From positions 1,184,001 to 1,248,000 of the forward strand of contig CAUVXB020000001.1 in the NCBI GenBank assembly GCA_963555825.3: a stretch of DNA of 64,000 bases, written 5' to 3'. The notes under the pieces were generated by a model, which was given only the letters and a program-made list of their open reading frames with translations, did no database searches and was not told the DNA's origin. Source of the DNA: Alphaproteobacteria bacterium (GTDB lineage: Bacteria > Pseudomonadota > Alphaproteobacteria > JAAXGF01). Both the position numbers and the translations under genes were made by a program. The first letter of the stretch is position 1; every line of letters begins with the position of its first letter. Below, piece by piece: positions 41,184 to 50,246 of this stretch.

Positions 41184-42653
41184 CAGCCCGTTGACGAAGT
41201 CTTCCCTGGACGAAGTCGGCATGGTCTGATTCTCTGGTGTCCTGGCCTGAAGGGGGGTTCGCTGATGGCGATGGGACAGCAGAAGGATCGTCAGGGGGAC
41301 TTGATGGTGAGCTGGTCGGAGATGCCGCGCTCGCCAGGTCATGTATTTTACGACCGCCTGCAGTTGGTACTGATCGAGGGCGGCTTCGACGGCTTCGCCG
41401 AGGCGGTCTGCCAGCCCTATTACGCGGCCAGGATGGGGGCGCCTTCGGTGCCACCCGGGCGCTACTTCCGTATGCACCTGGTGGGCTACTTCGAGGGTAT
41501 CGACTCTGAGCGTGGGCTGGAGTGGCGGTGCTCGGATTCCCTGTCGCTACGGGAGTTCCTGCTGTTGGAGAGGCGGGAACGGGTGCCGGACCATTCCTGG
41601 CTGTCACGGACCCGCGCGCGCCTGCCCCATGAAGTCCACACGGCGGTGTTTGACTGGGTCCTGGCGCTGATCGCCGAGGCGGGTCTGGTGAAGGGCGAGC
41701 GCATCGGGGTGGATGCCTCGACCATGGAGGCCAACGCGGCGCTGCGCAACATCGTGCGGAGGGACACGGGCGAGGGTTACCGGGGGATGCTGGAGCGCTT
41801 GGCCCAGGAGAGCGGTATCGAGACACCCACGGCTGAGGACCTGGCGCGTCTGGACCGCAAGCGCAAGGGCAAGAAGCTCTCGAACCAGGACTGGGTTTCC
41901 AGGAGCGACCCCGAGGCCAAGATCGCCAAGATGAAGGACGGCACCACGCACCTGGCCTACAAGCCCGAGCACGCGGTGGATCTGGACACCGGCGCGGTGG
42001 TGGCGGCGGAGCTGCACCCGGCCGACGAGGGCGATACGACAACGCTTCCCAAGACCCTGGCGGCGGCCGAGGCAAACCTCGAGGCGGTGGATGTGGCGCC
42101 GACGGCCGAAGATCCGGCCGAATGTGTGACCGATAAGAGCTACCACTCACGGTTGGTCTTGAAGGCGCTCGACGACGGCCCCTGGAAGAGCCGGATCTCC
42201 GAGCCCAAGCAGAAGGGTTTTGCGCGCTGGCACGGAGATGATGCGGCTCGCCGGGCGGTCACCAACAACCGGACCCGGCTGTTATCGGGGGTGGCCAGGG
42301 AAGCCTTCAAGCTGCGCGCCGAGATCGTCGAGCGCTCCTTTGCCCACAACCTCGATCGCGGCGGTATGCGCCGGACCTGGCTTCGGGGCCGCGAGAACGT
42401 GCACAAGCGATACCTGCTTCACGTCGCCGGCCACAACCTATCGTTGCTGATGCGCCAACTCATCGGCGCCGGCACCCCGAAGGAGGCCGTGGCGGGCGGA
42501 ATTGGCGCCTTGTTCGTGCTTGTTACGCCCGCTGGAGCCGTCCTGGTCGTTCAGATCGTCCTCATCGTCTCGGAGGATGGCGAAACCGCCTTCGCCGCGA
42601 TATGCTTCGCCGTGGCGTGAAACCCGGTCAATGACGCCTTTTTCAACGGGCGG
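41184..42653 (+). mobile_element. IS1182 family insertion sequence, intact transposase 41265-42620
   Basis: IR CAGCCCGTTGA / TCAACGGGCGG; ATAA duplication; VPDHSWLSR, GVDASTMEANA and VERSFAH motifs. Confidence 0.88.
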
Positions 42654-42917
42654 ATAACTCGATCGGCAATTGCCGACGAGCTGCCAAATCAAAAGCCGGA
42701 AGCGCCGATGGCGTGTCGCGGGTTCGGTTACGATGCTCGCTTCTAGTCATCACCGGTTACGTTTCCGTTCATGCACTCGAATGTGCCACCACCGCGAATC
42801 CGATATGCTGCCACAAATTCAAACGCTTGAGCACGTCAGGTGAAAATCCCAGGTAGACGAATTTTGTAGAAATTGGTTGGAAATTATTTTAATGACTTAC
42901 GTTGGCGTTGGTGGGGG

Positions 42918-44339
42918 TGTATCGCACCCGGTTCCTTGGACACAAGTTTGTCTCATGCGGCGGGCCTGAGTGACATCGCGGTGTGCCACGCCTGACGAGC
43001 TTGAGCGGGGCTCAGGTAGCCGTTCTTCTCCACGATCCACTGGGCATTGTACTGTTCGACGAACCCGCGGACGGCGTTCCGCAGCTCCGCGATGTTGCGG
43101 TAGATGCGGCCATGGATGATCTGTTCCTTGAGCGTGCGATTGAACCTCTCGGCGACGCCGTTGGTCTGGGGCTGTTCGACGAAGGCGTAGGACGGCTGGA
43201 TGCCCCAGAACTTGATCTGGTTGGTGAAGTGGTCCGACAGATACTGGGAGCCGTGATCCATCCGCAAGGCCAGCCCCCGCGCCGCACCGGCGGAGGTCGA
43301 GGCATACAGCCTCGCAAGCCCCATGGAGATCGGCTGAAGGGCGGCGAAGCGGTCGCCTCGCTTGCACACATGCCAGCCGACGCACTCGGCGTTCCAATGC
43401 TCGATGGCGGTGAATATCCAGCCCCAGCCGTCGTCCACCGTGAACACCCGAACGCCGTCCGTGCCCCACATGAGGTTGGGGGCATGGGTGATGATCTCAC
43501 CGACATGGGGATTTCCGCCACGGCGGCGGCAGCGATGGGGCGAGAGCAGGTTGTTCTCGCGCATCACCCGGAGCCCCCGCTTGCGGGAAACACGGATGCC
43601 ACGACAGACCCGAAGCCGAGCCCAGACCTTGCGGTGTGTCCCTCGCCCTCCCAGGGGGATGCCTCCAGGTCGGCCTCGATGGCCACCAGCAGAGCCTCGT
43701 CCGAGATCGAGGGCTTCGGTCCCCGGCGCTTTGCTGGTGGGCGCTCAGCGGTGGCCTGCTGCCGGGATTTCATGGCGTAGAACGAGGAACGGGCAAAACC
43801 CCAGGCCGCACAGACCCGCTGGAGGCCGTAGGCCAAACCCGTGCCGGGAGAGGTGGCGGCACTCATCGCCGCGACCTCCGCCGCCCCAAAGGGCCGGACG
43901 TCTCCGTCTTGGCCTCCAGCAGTTCCACCTGCATGATCAACTCCCCGATCCGCTTCATGGCGATGTCCAGTTCCGCCTTCACCGGATCGCCCTTGCGTTC
44001 CTTGAGCGAGGCATCGATCCCGGCGATCGCCTTCTCACGCCACTGCTCGAGCCGGAAAATCTCCACGCCCAACTGCCGCGACAAAAGTTCCACCGGCTCG
44101 CCACGCAAAAGCCGCAGGGCAACCTCACGCTTGCGCGTCACCGTCCACCGCTGGCCAAGTCCCAGAGGGCCTGCCGGCGAAACCTGGCCCGGGGAAAACG
44201 TGGACGAGCCAAGCTCGCCCTCGTTTACCACAGGCCCATCAACAGCAACTTTGTTCTCAAAATTGTCGGTCATGTTCCGGTCCTCCTTGGACACTTCGAT
44301 TAAGCCAATTCTGTGTCCAAGGAAATCGGGTCCGACTCA
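42918..44339 (-). mobile_element. IS3/IS481-like insertion sequence (orfA 43863-44273; frameshifted orfB 42953-43866)
   Basis: TG...CA ends with ~28-bp IR; WGTD, DHGSQY and NGVAERFNRTLKEQ motifs; 14-bp flanking duplication. Confidence 0.88.
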
Positions 44340-44386
44340 GGCGTTGGTGGGGGAACAGGAATTTCACAATTCCTGGGTGCAGCATT

Positions 44387-45301
44387 ATGAGCAAGACGAT
44401 CGTAGCTTCCGACCTCAATCGAGTCGATCCTGTCTACAACGGTCTAGATCTATTTTGGCAGGCAATTTCGTCGAAAGAATCGGTGTTTTGTGTCTGCACT
44501 GCGGCGCGCGATTTTCACGTTGGCTGGAAGGATGCTCTCGAAGTTCTTACCCGCGCGTCACATCGCGACGGAACACACGTAATAAAAAAGACAGACGACA
44601 ATGAAGAAAAAACGCTTTTTATCCCAAAAGACATCAAAAATCACCGACGTTTTACTTTGAAAGTACAAGAACTATATAAAAATACACTTGATGATGTTTA
44701 TTTACTTTTTCACTCTTTTAATCCGCATTATGTAAGGGGGATGCGGCTGAGCGATCTTCCTGGTGGGCCCCATAGACGGTTCATATTTGGGTTTCAAAAA
44801 TTGAGGCACACGGGTATCTTACCTTCAACTACAGGCAATTCTGTATTTAATCACCAAGGGATGATGTTGCTAATGAGAAGATGCTTCCCGACCGATGACA
44901 TGCTCCTGAACTACATTGCGGATCCACATTCATAGAGAGTTGAAGCGACCGAATCCGATGATCTTGACCAAATTTCAGAGTCAATCTTTAGATTAGCCGC
45001 GAAGAAGAGAGCTGCTACAGAAGCAATCATTTTGGATGGATGCCTCGGTTACAAGATACTAACCGCTATCTCCGAATTGGAAGTGCCTACACGCAAAGAT
45101 ATCCTTAAGAAATTGAGCTATCCCAATACCGAGATGCCGCGCTTGAATGACGCGATCGATCGGCTCGAGAGTGTAGGATTTTCACGTCAACGCCGTGGTA
45201 GTCATTTCGCTACAAATAACGGTCGAGACGTTGTCGAGAAAATTCAGCATTATGTAGATAACTGGCCAGACAAAACGGACATGATTGGGGGAGAAGAATG
45301 A
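44387..45301 (+). pseudogene. Low-GC hypothetical protein with C-terminal winged-helix domain; one in-frame TAG at 44933-44935
   Basis: 44387-44935 and 45032-45301 share one frame with no other stop; KILTAI...TRKDILKKL...LNDAIDRLESVGF...FATNNGRDVV resembles a wHTH. Confidence 0.7.
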
Positions 45302-45324
45302 GATGTCGATGGACAATCGGATAG

Positions 45325-46660
45325 CACTAGTGTCCGGTTAAAAATCGAATAAATTCAATTGGTTGGTTATTTGCGAAGCGTTGCATCTGTTTTCGTCTCC
45401 CGCAAGTGCTTGATGTATGGGCATTTTCTCGAAGAGGGTCACCGAGAGGATCTGTAACAAAGTGTAGAGCGAGGCGTCCAGGTCGAGGCGCTTCTTGACG
45501 ATGGCGACGAGGACGTAGACCGAGACGGCAATCCAGATCTGCGTCTTCACCGCGTTCTCCGACGTGCCGTAGAACTGCTTGATCCGAAGATGCTGCTTGA
45601 TCCACTTGAAGAAGAGTTCCACCTGCCAGCGGCTTTTGTAGAGCGCGCAGATGGTGGCGGCCGGAAGCGAGAAGTTGTTGGTGATGAAGACCAGCGAATC
45701 TGTCGAAGACCCGCGCGAACCTTGCCGGACTCGGGGTCCTTGAAGCGGATGCGCCGCAGAAGTTCGGGGTAATCCTGACGGGTGTAGAAGCCGTCCAGGG
45801 AGATGGTCTGGTCGCAAATGATGCCGGTCGAGCGATCCGTCGGCGCCGAATAGACGCGATGAGCATCGATGTTCGACTTGGCACGCGTGACGAAGAAGGC
45901 CCCGGCTTGGTGCAACACATAAAGGCGGGCAAAGTCGACGTAGCCACGATCCACGACGTAGATGGCTCCGGCTTCCGGCAAGAGCATATCGAGGGCATGA
46001 ACGTCGTGCAGCTTGCCATCCGAGATGTGGATAAAACTCGGAATGTTGCCCCGCAGGTCGAGCAGCGTGTGCATCTTCACCGCCGCCTTGGTGGTGCGGA
46101 AGTGCGCCCACGGAAAGACCGACAGGCACAGAGCGATGGTCGTCGAGTCCAGGGCGTAGACGGTATTGGTCAGGTCCAACCCCAGTTCTTCGTCGACGTA
46201 CAGCGTCCTCGCCTGGGTGATGAGCCGCTGGGCCAACGCCGCATGGATACGCCAGTCGCGCCTTTCGTTGGCATCGGCCAGCGTCGAGCGCCGGACCGGC
46301 TGGCGGAAGTCCATGTGATAGAGTTTCGATGCGTGGACCGAGAGGCAGGTCTCGATGTCGCGCAGGCTTTCCCGGTAGGTCAGCTGGGCGAAGGCCATGG
46401 ACCGGTATTGCTCGGCGCAGGAAAGCGTCCGGACCCGGTGATCGCCGCCATACCGGTCGACGATCCGCGTGAAAGTAGTCCATGGCAGGAAGTCCATGAG
46501 CTGAGCGAACAGGGTCTTGCCGGTGTTCATGAGCATCTCCTCGGAGAAACTCCGAAAAGTGCTCCATCCAATTCAAATCGACACCATGCATTTTCGCTTC
46601 AAACCCCGCAGAAATCCTGGCTCTCAAAGCCAGCACCGCTCAGTTAACCGGACAGCAGTG
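45325..46660 (-). mobile_element. IS4 family insertion sequence (transposase 45338-46530, frameshifted near 45700)
   Basis: IR CACTAGTGTCCGGTTAA / TTAACCGGACAGCAGTG; 9-bp TSD ATCGGATAG; LDSTTI, DRGY and YKSRWQVELFFKWIKQ motifs. Confidence 0.92.
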
Positions 46661-46789
46661 ATCGGATAGATAAATTAAATCAAATTGTATATTCACAACC
46701 AGTTATTGTGCTAGTTTATGGAAGCTCCAGTGACGATAAAAAACATTATTTGAAGAGAGAAAAAATTAAAGGAGAGTTGAAGAATAGAT

Positions 46790-47544
46790 CTTGCCTATCC
46801 GGTTATCACCCACACCCACTATATGTAGTGTGTCTCCTTGGACTGCAGGCAAGGGCCGGCGCAGGCGCATTGAGGAGGCGATCCGGCTAATTCTTGATTG
46901 TTCTGAAAACCGAACCGGAGTTTAATTCACGTCACGTACTTAACATCGGGGGACGGAACGGTGGCGACCAAGGGAAAAACGAAGAAACCCACGGCCAGAC
47001 GGGAAGCTGCTGATGAAACGACATCGTCTGAGCGATTGACGGCACTAGTCGAAGAAAGCGACGCGCTGGCACGAATCGTTGCGAAGAACCCGTCCGCGCC
47101 TGTTAGTCTCCTGCGCGTTTTGAGTCGCAGCGAAGACGAAGCGACACGCAAGAACGTGATCCTCAATCCGTTTACTCCATATGACGTATTGAGCGAACTT
47201 GAAAACCAGTTCACAGAGCTATTTGTGAATAATCCGGCACTCGAATCCTACAATTCAATGAAGCTCTGATTTCCTGGAATATTCCATCGGTGTCGTTCAC
47301 CTCCGATTTCAGATAAATTTCAATGAAGTGACGGTCCTTTATGCAACGTGGCGTTTTGCCAAATCCGACTCAATGATTAGGATTTCCACCACGCTAAAGT
47401 GTCGCCTAAAAGCCGCTACAATGCCGTCCGAGTCCCTGCTCGGCATCGCCGGAGATATCTCCGCTTCGACCTGCACCGAGCTTTACTCAGGAAAATGGGT
47501 GCACACTACATATAGTGGGTGTGGGTGATAACCGGATAGGCAAG
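46790..47544. mobile_element. 755-bp non-autonomous element with 43-bp perfect TIRs and a passenger gene (probably IS1595-derived)
   Basis: CTTGCCTATCCGGTTATCACCCACACCCACTATATGTAGTGTG at 46790-46832 and its reverse complement at 47502-47544; 8-bp TSD GAATAGAT. Confidence 0.88.
46961..47269 (+). CDS. Leucine-rich-variant/HEAT-like repeat protein (passenger; possibly truncated)
   Basis: VAKNPSAPVSLLRVL and VILNPFTPYDVLSEL repeats; GGGGA RBS before GTG. Confidence 0.6.
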   Translation: MATKGKTKKPTARREAADETTSSERLTALVEESDALARIVAKNPSAPVSLLRVLSRSEDEATRKNVILNPFTPYDVLSELENQFTELFVNNPALESYNSMKL

Positions 47545-48090
47545 GAATAGATATCCAAATGGGAAAATTTATTTTAGCGAAGACTCCGAACTGGACGAGT
47601 ATTGTAAGTATAAAATACAAGGATTCGAGCATTTCTCTATCCCTGACAAAGAAGTCGTTCATTTAATGTTGTGTCATTTGTGTATTGTGCTTGATGTTTC
47701 TAAGGGACCAGGCGAAGAAATTATTTTGATGTTCGCCAAGCAACTTGGACACAAGCTGTTCGTGTTGACACATGAGAAGTTTATAGACGAGAATACATTT
47801 CCAGGATCGGTGCGGAAGAATCTCGATCAAGAATTTTTTACTGACGCAGAATCTGACAGTTGCAGTCTTGTGGATCGGGCCCTAGCCCGGGTCTACAAAA
47901 TCGCGGCTGATCAGGCAGGCATTTCGTAGGTTTGCGGAAAATTCCTGGCACAGTTGAATTCCGGGCGGTTGAATCGGTTCGTCGAATGCCCATACCCGGC
48001 ATCAGAATGGGTGAGTCGTCAACCCATGCAAGTACAACTTCGATAGCCAGGCCTGAGATTGGCAAGTCGCCCAACGTGCAGGATGGCGAA

Positions 48091-48240
48091 CTCGTCGAGC
48101 ACCTGCGCCAGGGCTCGCATTACGTCTTCATCGGCGAGGTCGCCGACATCGCGCTCGGCGACGGCGCACCGCTGGTCTACGCCAAGCGCGCCTACCGAGG
48201 CCTCGGCCTGCCGCTGGAGGCGCTGCCACAGGCGGCGTAA
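48091..48240 (+). repeat. 150-bp direct repeat, right boundary of island
   Basis: Second copy of the flavin reductase 3' end. Confidence 0.95.
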
Positions 48241-48459
48241 CGCGGCGCGCACGCCAAATCGAGTTGATTGCTCGAGCGCGCCGAGGCAAAGCGCCCGCCA
48301 TAAATTGGTTGGCCAGGGCCGCCAAACGCCGTATCAAAGGTGACGAGCGCGGACGGCGCCGGTGGCGCCTATCGCGCTCGCGCGCTTTTTCACGCCGATC
48401 CTAGGGGCAGTCCGGGCTTCGCTTGATGGACGCAACGATTCTCCCCATGCAACGCCACC

Positions 48460-49182
48460 GTGTTCGTCGCGTCGCTGTTGCAGGCGGCGACGGGCATCGG
48501 ATTCGGCGTGATTGCCGGGCCGATCATCCTGTTGGCGATGAACTCGGGATCGGTGGTGCAGGTCACCATTATTTTGAGCCTGATGATCGCCGTCGTCCTC
48601 GTGCCTTCGATCCACCGCGCGGTCGACAAGGCGCTGCTCAAGCGCTTCCTCGTCGGCTCCGTCGTCGGCTTGCCGATCGGCATCGCCGTCTTCATGGCGA
48701 TCAGCGTCGATTTTCTTAAGCTGTTCGCCGGACTCGCGGTGCTGTTCATGGCCTATTCGGCGTCGCGCCGCGTCGGCCGCGCCGTCTACCACCTCGCCGA
48801 CCGGGGCCAGCGCAATCAGGACATCGGCATCGGCGTGCTGTCGGGCGCGATGAGCGCGAGCCTCGCCATGCCCGGGCCGGTCGTCGCGGCGCGCATGTCG
48901 GCGCTCGCCTGCCCCAAGGACGCGGTGCGCGCGACGGTCCTCATGCTGTTCGTCTATTCCTATATCGCGGCGTTCGGTTTCCAGTCGGCGCTGGTCGGTG
49001 TCGCGGCCGACACGCTGTGGCTTACCGCGACGCTGGTGCCGGCGACGCTGGTCGGTATACTCCTCGGCCGGTTGTCGGTCGCGTGGATCAGCGAACGCGT
49101 GTTCCGCTGGCTGATCATCACGGTGCTCATCGCCACCTCGCTCGGCCTCCTGGTCAACGCGACCGTGAGTCTGGCCGGGTGA
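48460..49182 (+). CDS. Sulfite exporter TauE/SafE family membrane protein
   Basis: LQAATGIGFG and GVLSGAM...PGP motifs, multi-TM; true start may be ATG 48426 with a 1-nt indel. Confidence 0.82.
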   Translation: MFVASLLQAATGIGFGVIAGPIILLAMNSGSVVQVTIILSLMIAVVLVPSIHRAVDKALLKRFLVGSVVGLPIGIAVFMAISVDFLKLFAGLAVLFMAYSASRRVGRAVYHLADRGQRNQDIGIGVLSGAMSASLAMPGPVVAARMSALACPKDAVRATVLMLFVYSYIAAFGFQSALVGVAADTLWLTATLVPATLVGILLGRLSVAWISERVFRWLIITVLIATSLGLLVNATVSLAG

Positions 49183-49205
49183 TCGCTACAGAGGAGACGT
49201 CAAAT

Positions 49206-50246
49206 ATGTCTGGCAACTTGGGGCGACTGGACGATCTGCCCAGGGCGCGGCTCTGCCGCACGCCGACGCCAATCGAGGCGATGCCCAACCTGGCGGCGCG
49301 CTTCCGCGGGGTCGAGCTCTACGTCAAGCGCGATGACCTGACCGGACTCGCGTTTGGCGGCAACAAGGTTCGCCAGCTCGAGTTCTACATGGGCGAGGCG
49401 CAGGATCAGAATGCCGACACCATCCTGATCACCGGCGCGATCCAGTCGAACTTCGTCCGTCTCGCCGCGGCGGCAGCGCGAAAGCTCGGCATGGACTGCC
49501 ACGTCCAGCTCGAGGAACGCGTGCCGACGACCGATCCGCTGTACCGCAACTCCGGCAACGTTCTCTTGAACCGTCTGCTCGGCGCAACGCTTTATACATA
49601 CTCCGAGGGCGAGGACGAGGAAGGCGCCGACCGCCGCATCGGCGAAATCGCCGCCGGGCTCGAGGCCGAAGGCCGCCGCCCCTACGTCATTCACCTGGCG
49701 CCGGGTCACGCGCCGCTCGGCGCGCTCGGCTACGTCGTCGTCGGCCGCGAGATCGCCGAGCAGATTGCCGCCGAAGGCCTCGACATCGACGAGGTCGTGC
49801 TCGCCTCGGGCAGTGGCAACACCCATGCCGGCACGCTGTTCGGCCTGCGCGCGATGGGCTGCGACCTACCGGTGACCGGCATCTGCGTGCGCCGCGGCGC
49901 CGACCTGCAGCACGGCCGCATCACCGCGCGCTGCCGCGAGATTGCCGATTACCTGGGCATCGCCCCGGTCGTCGACGAGGCCGACGTCCGCCTGATCGAC
50001 GACTTCCTCGCGCCCGGCTACGGCCAGCTCAATCCACCGACAGTCGACGCGATCAGGATGGCCGCCGAGTGCGAGGCGCTGATCCTCGACCCGGTGTACA
50101 CCGGTAAGACCATGGCCGGCTTTATCCAGCGCGCGCGCGAAGGCGACGCCGGTCGCAAGCTCCTGTTCATCCACACCGGCGGCACGCCCGCGGTGTTCGC
50201 CTACGGCAGGATGCTAATCGAGGCGCTGGCGGAGACCAGCGGTTGA
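49206..50246 (+). CDS. D-cysteine desulfhydrase/ACC deaminase family PLP enzyme
   Basis: KRDDLTGLAFGGNKVR, SGSGNT, LDPVYTGK and FIHTGG motifs. Confidence 0.92.
   Translation: MSGNLGRLDDLPRARLCRTPTPIEAMPNLAARFRGVELYVKRDDLTGLAFGGNKVRQLEFYMGEAQDQNADTILITGAIQSNFVRLAAAAARKLGMDCHVQLEERVPTTDPLYRNSGNVLLNRLLGATLYTYSEGEDEEGADRRIGEIAAGLEAEGRRPYVIHLAPGHAPLGALGYVVVGREIAEQIAAEGLDIDEVVLASGSGNTHAGTLFGLRAMGCDLPVTGICVRRGADLQHGRITARCREIADYLGIAPVVDEADVRLIDDFLAPGYGQLNPPTVDAIRMAAECEALILDPVYTGKTMAGFIQRAREGDAGRKLLFIHTGGTPAVFAYGRMLIEALAETSG

Larger units (their letters stand above)
45303..47929 (+). pseudogene. NDT-like/retron-effector-like 172-aa protein split in three (45303-45324, 46670-46789, 47553-47929)
   Basis: Removing two elements at their TSDs gives an open 519-nt frame with RBS; VLVYG, IYFSED, LCIVLDVSKGPGEE and KLFVL pattern. 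Confidence 0.7.

Noticed and set aside
42892-44420. SAM-methyltransferase-like motif (VGVGGGTG...IVASDLN) across the IS junction
   Set aside because: Needs an extra frameshift at 44385-44390 and no further methyltransferase motifs are recognisable; too weak to call
31658-44935. Amber recoding or readthrough suggested by two in-frame TAGs (31658 and 44933)
   Set aside because: Ordinary genes here (dctP, dctM, hpaB-like) end at TAG at the expected position and no suppressor or Pyl machinery is visible; nonsense mutation or sequence error is simpler
41116-48090. Complete retron
   Set aside because: No reverse transcriptase ORF and no convincing msr-msd inverted repeat in the island; only an effector-like gene
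47932-48240. 102-aa ORF ending in flavin reductase sequence
   Set aside because: Chance open frame running into the duplicated 3' fragment; no RBS or coherent N-terminus
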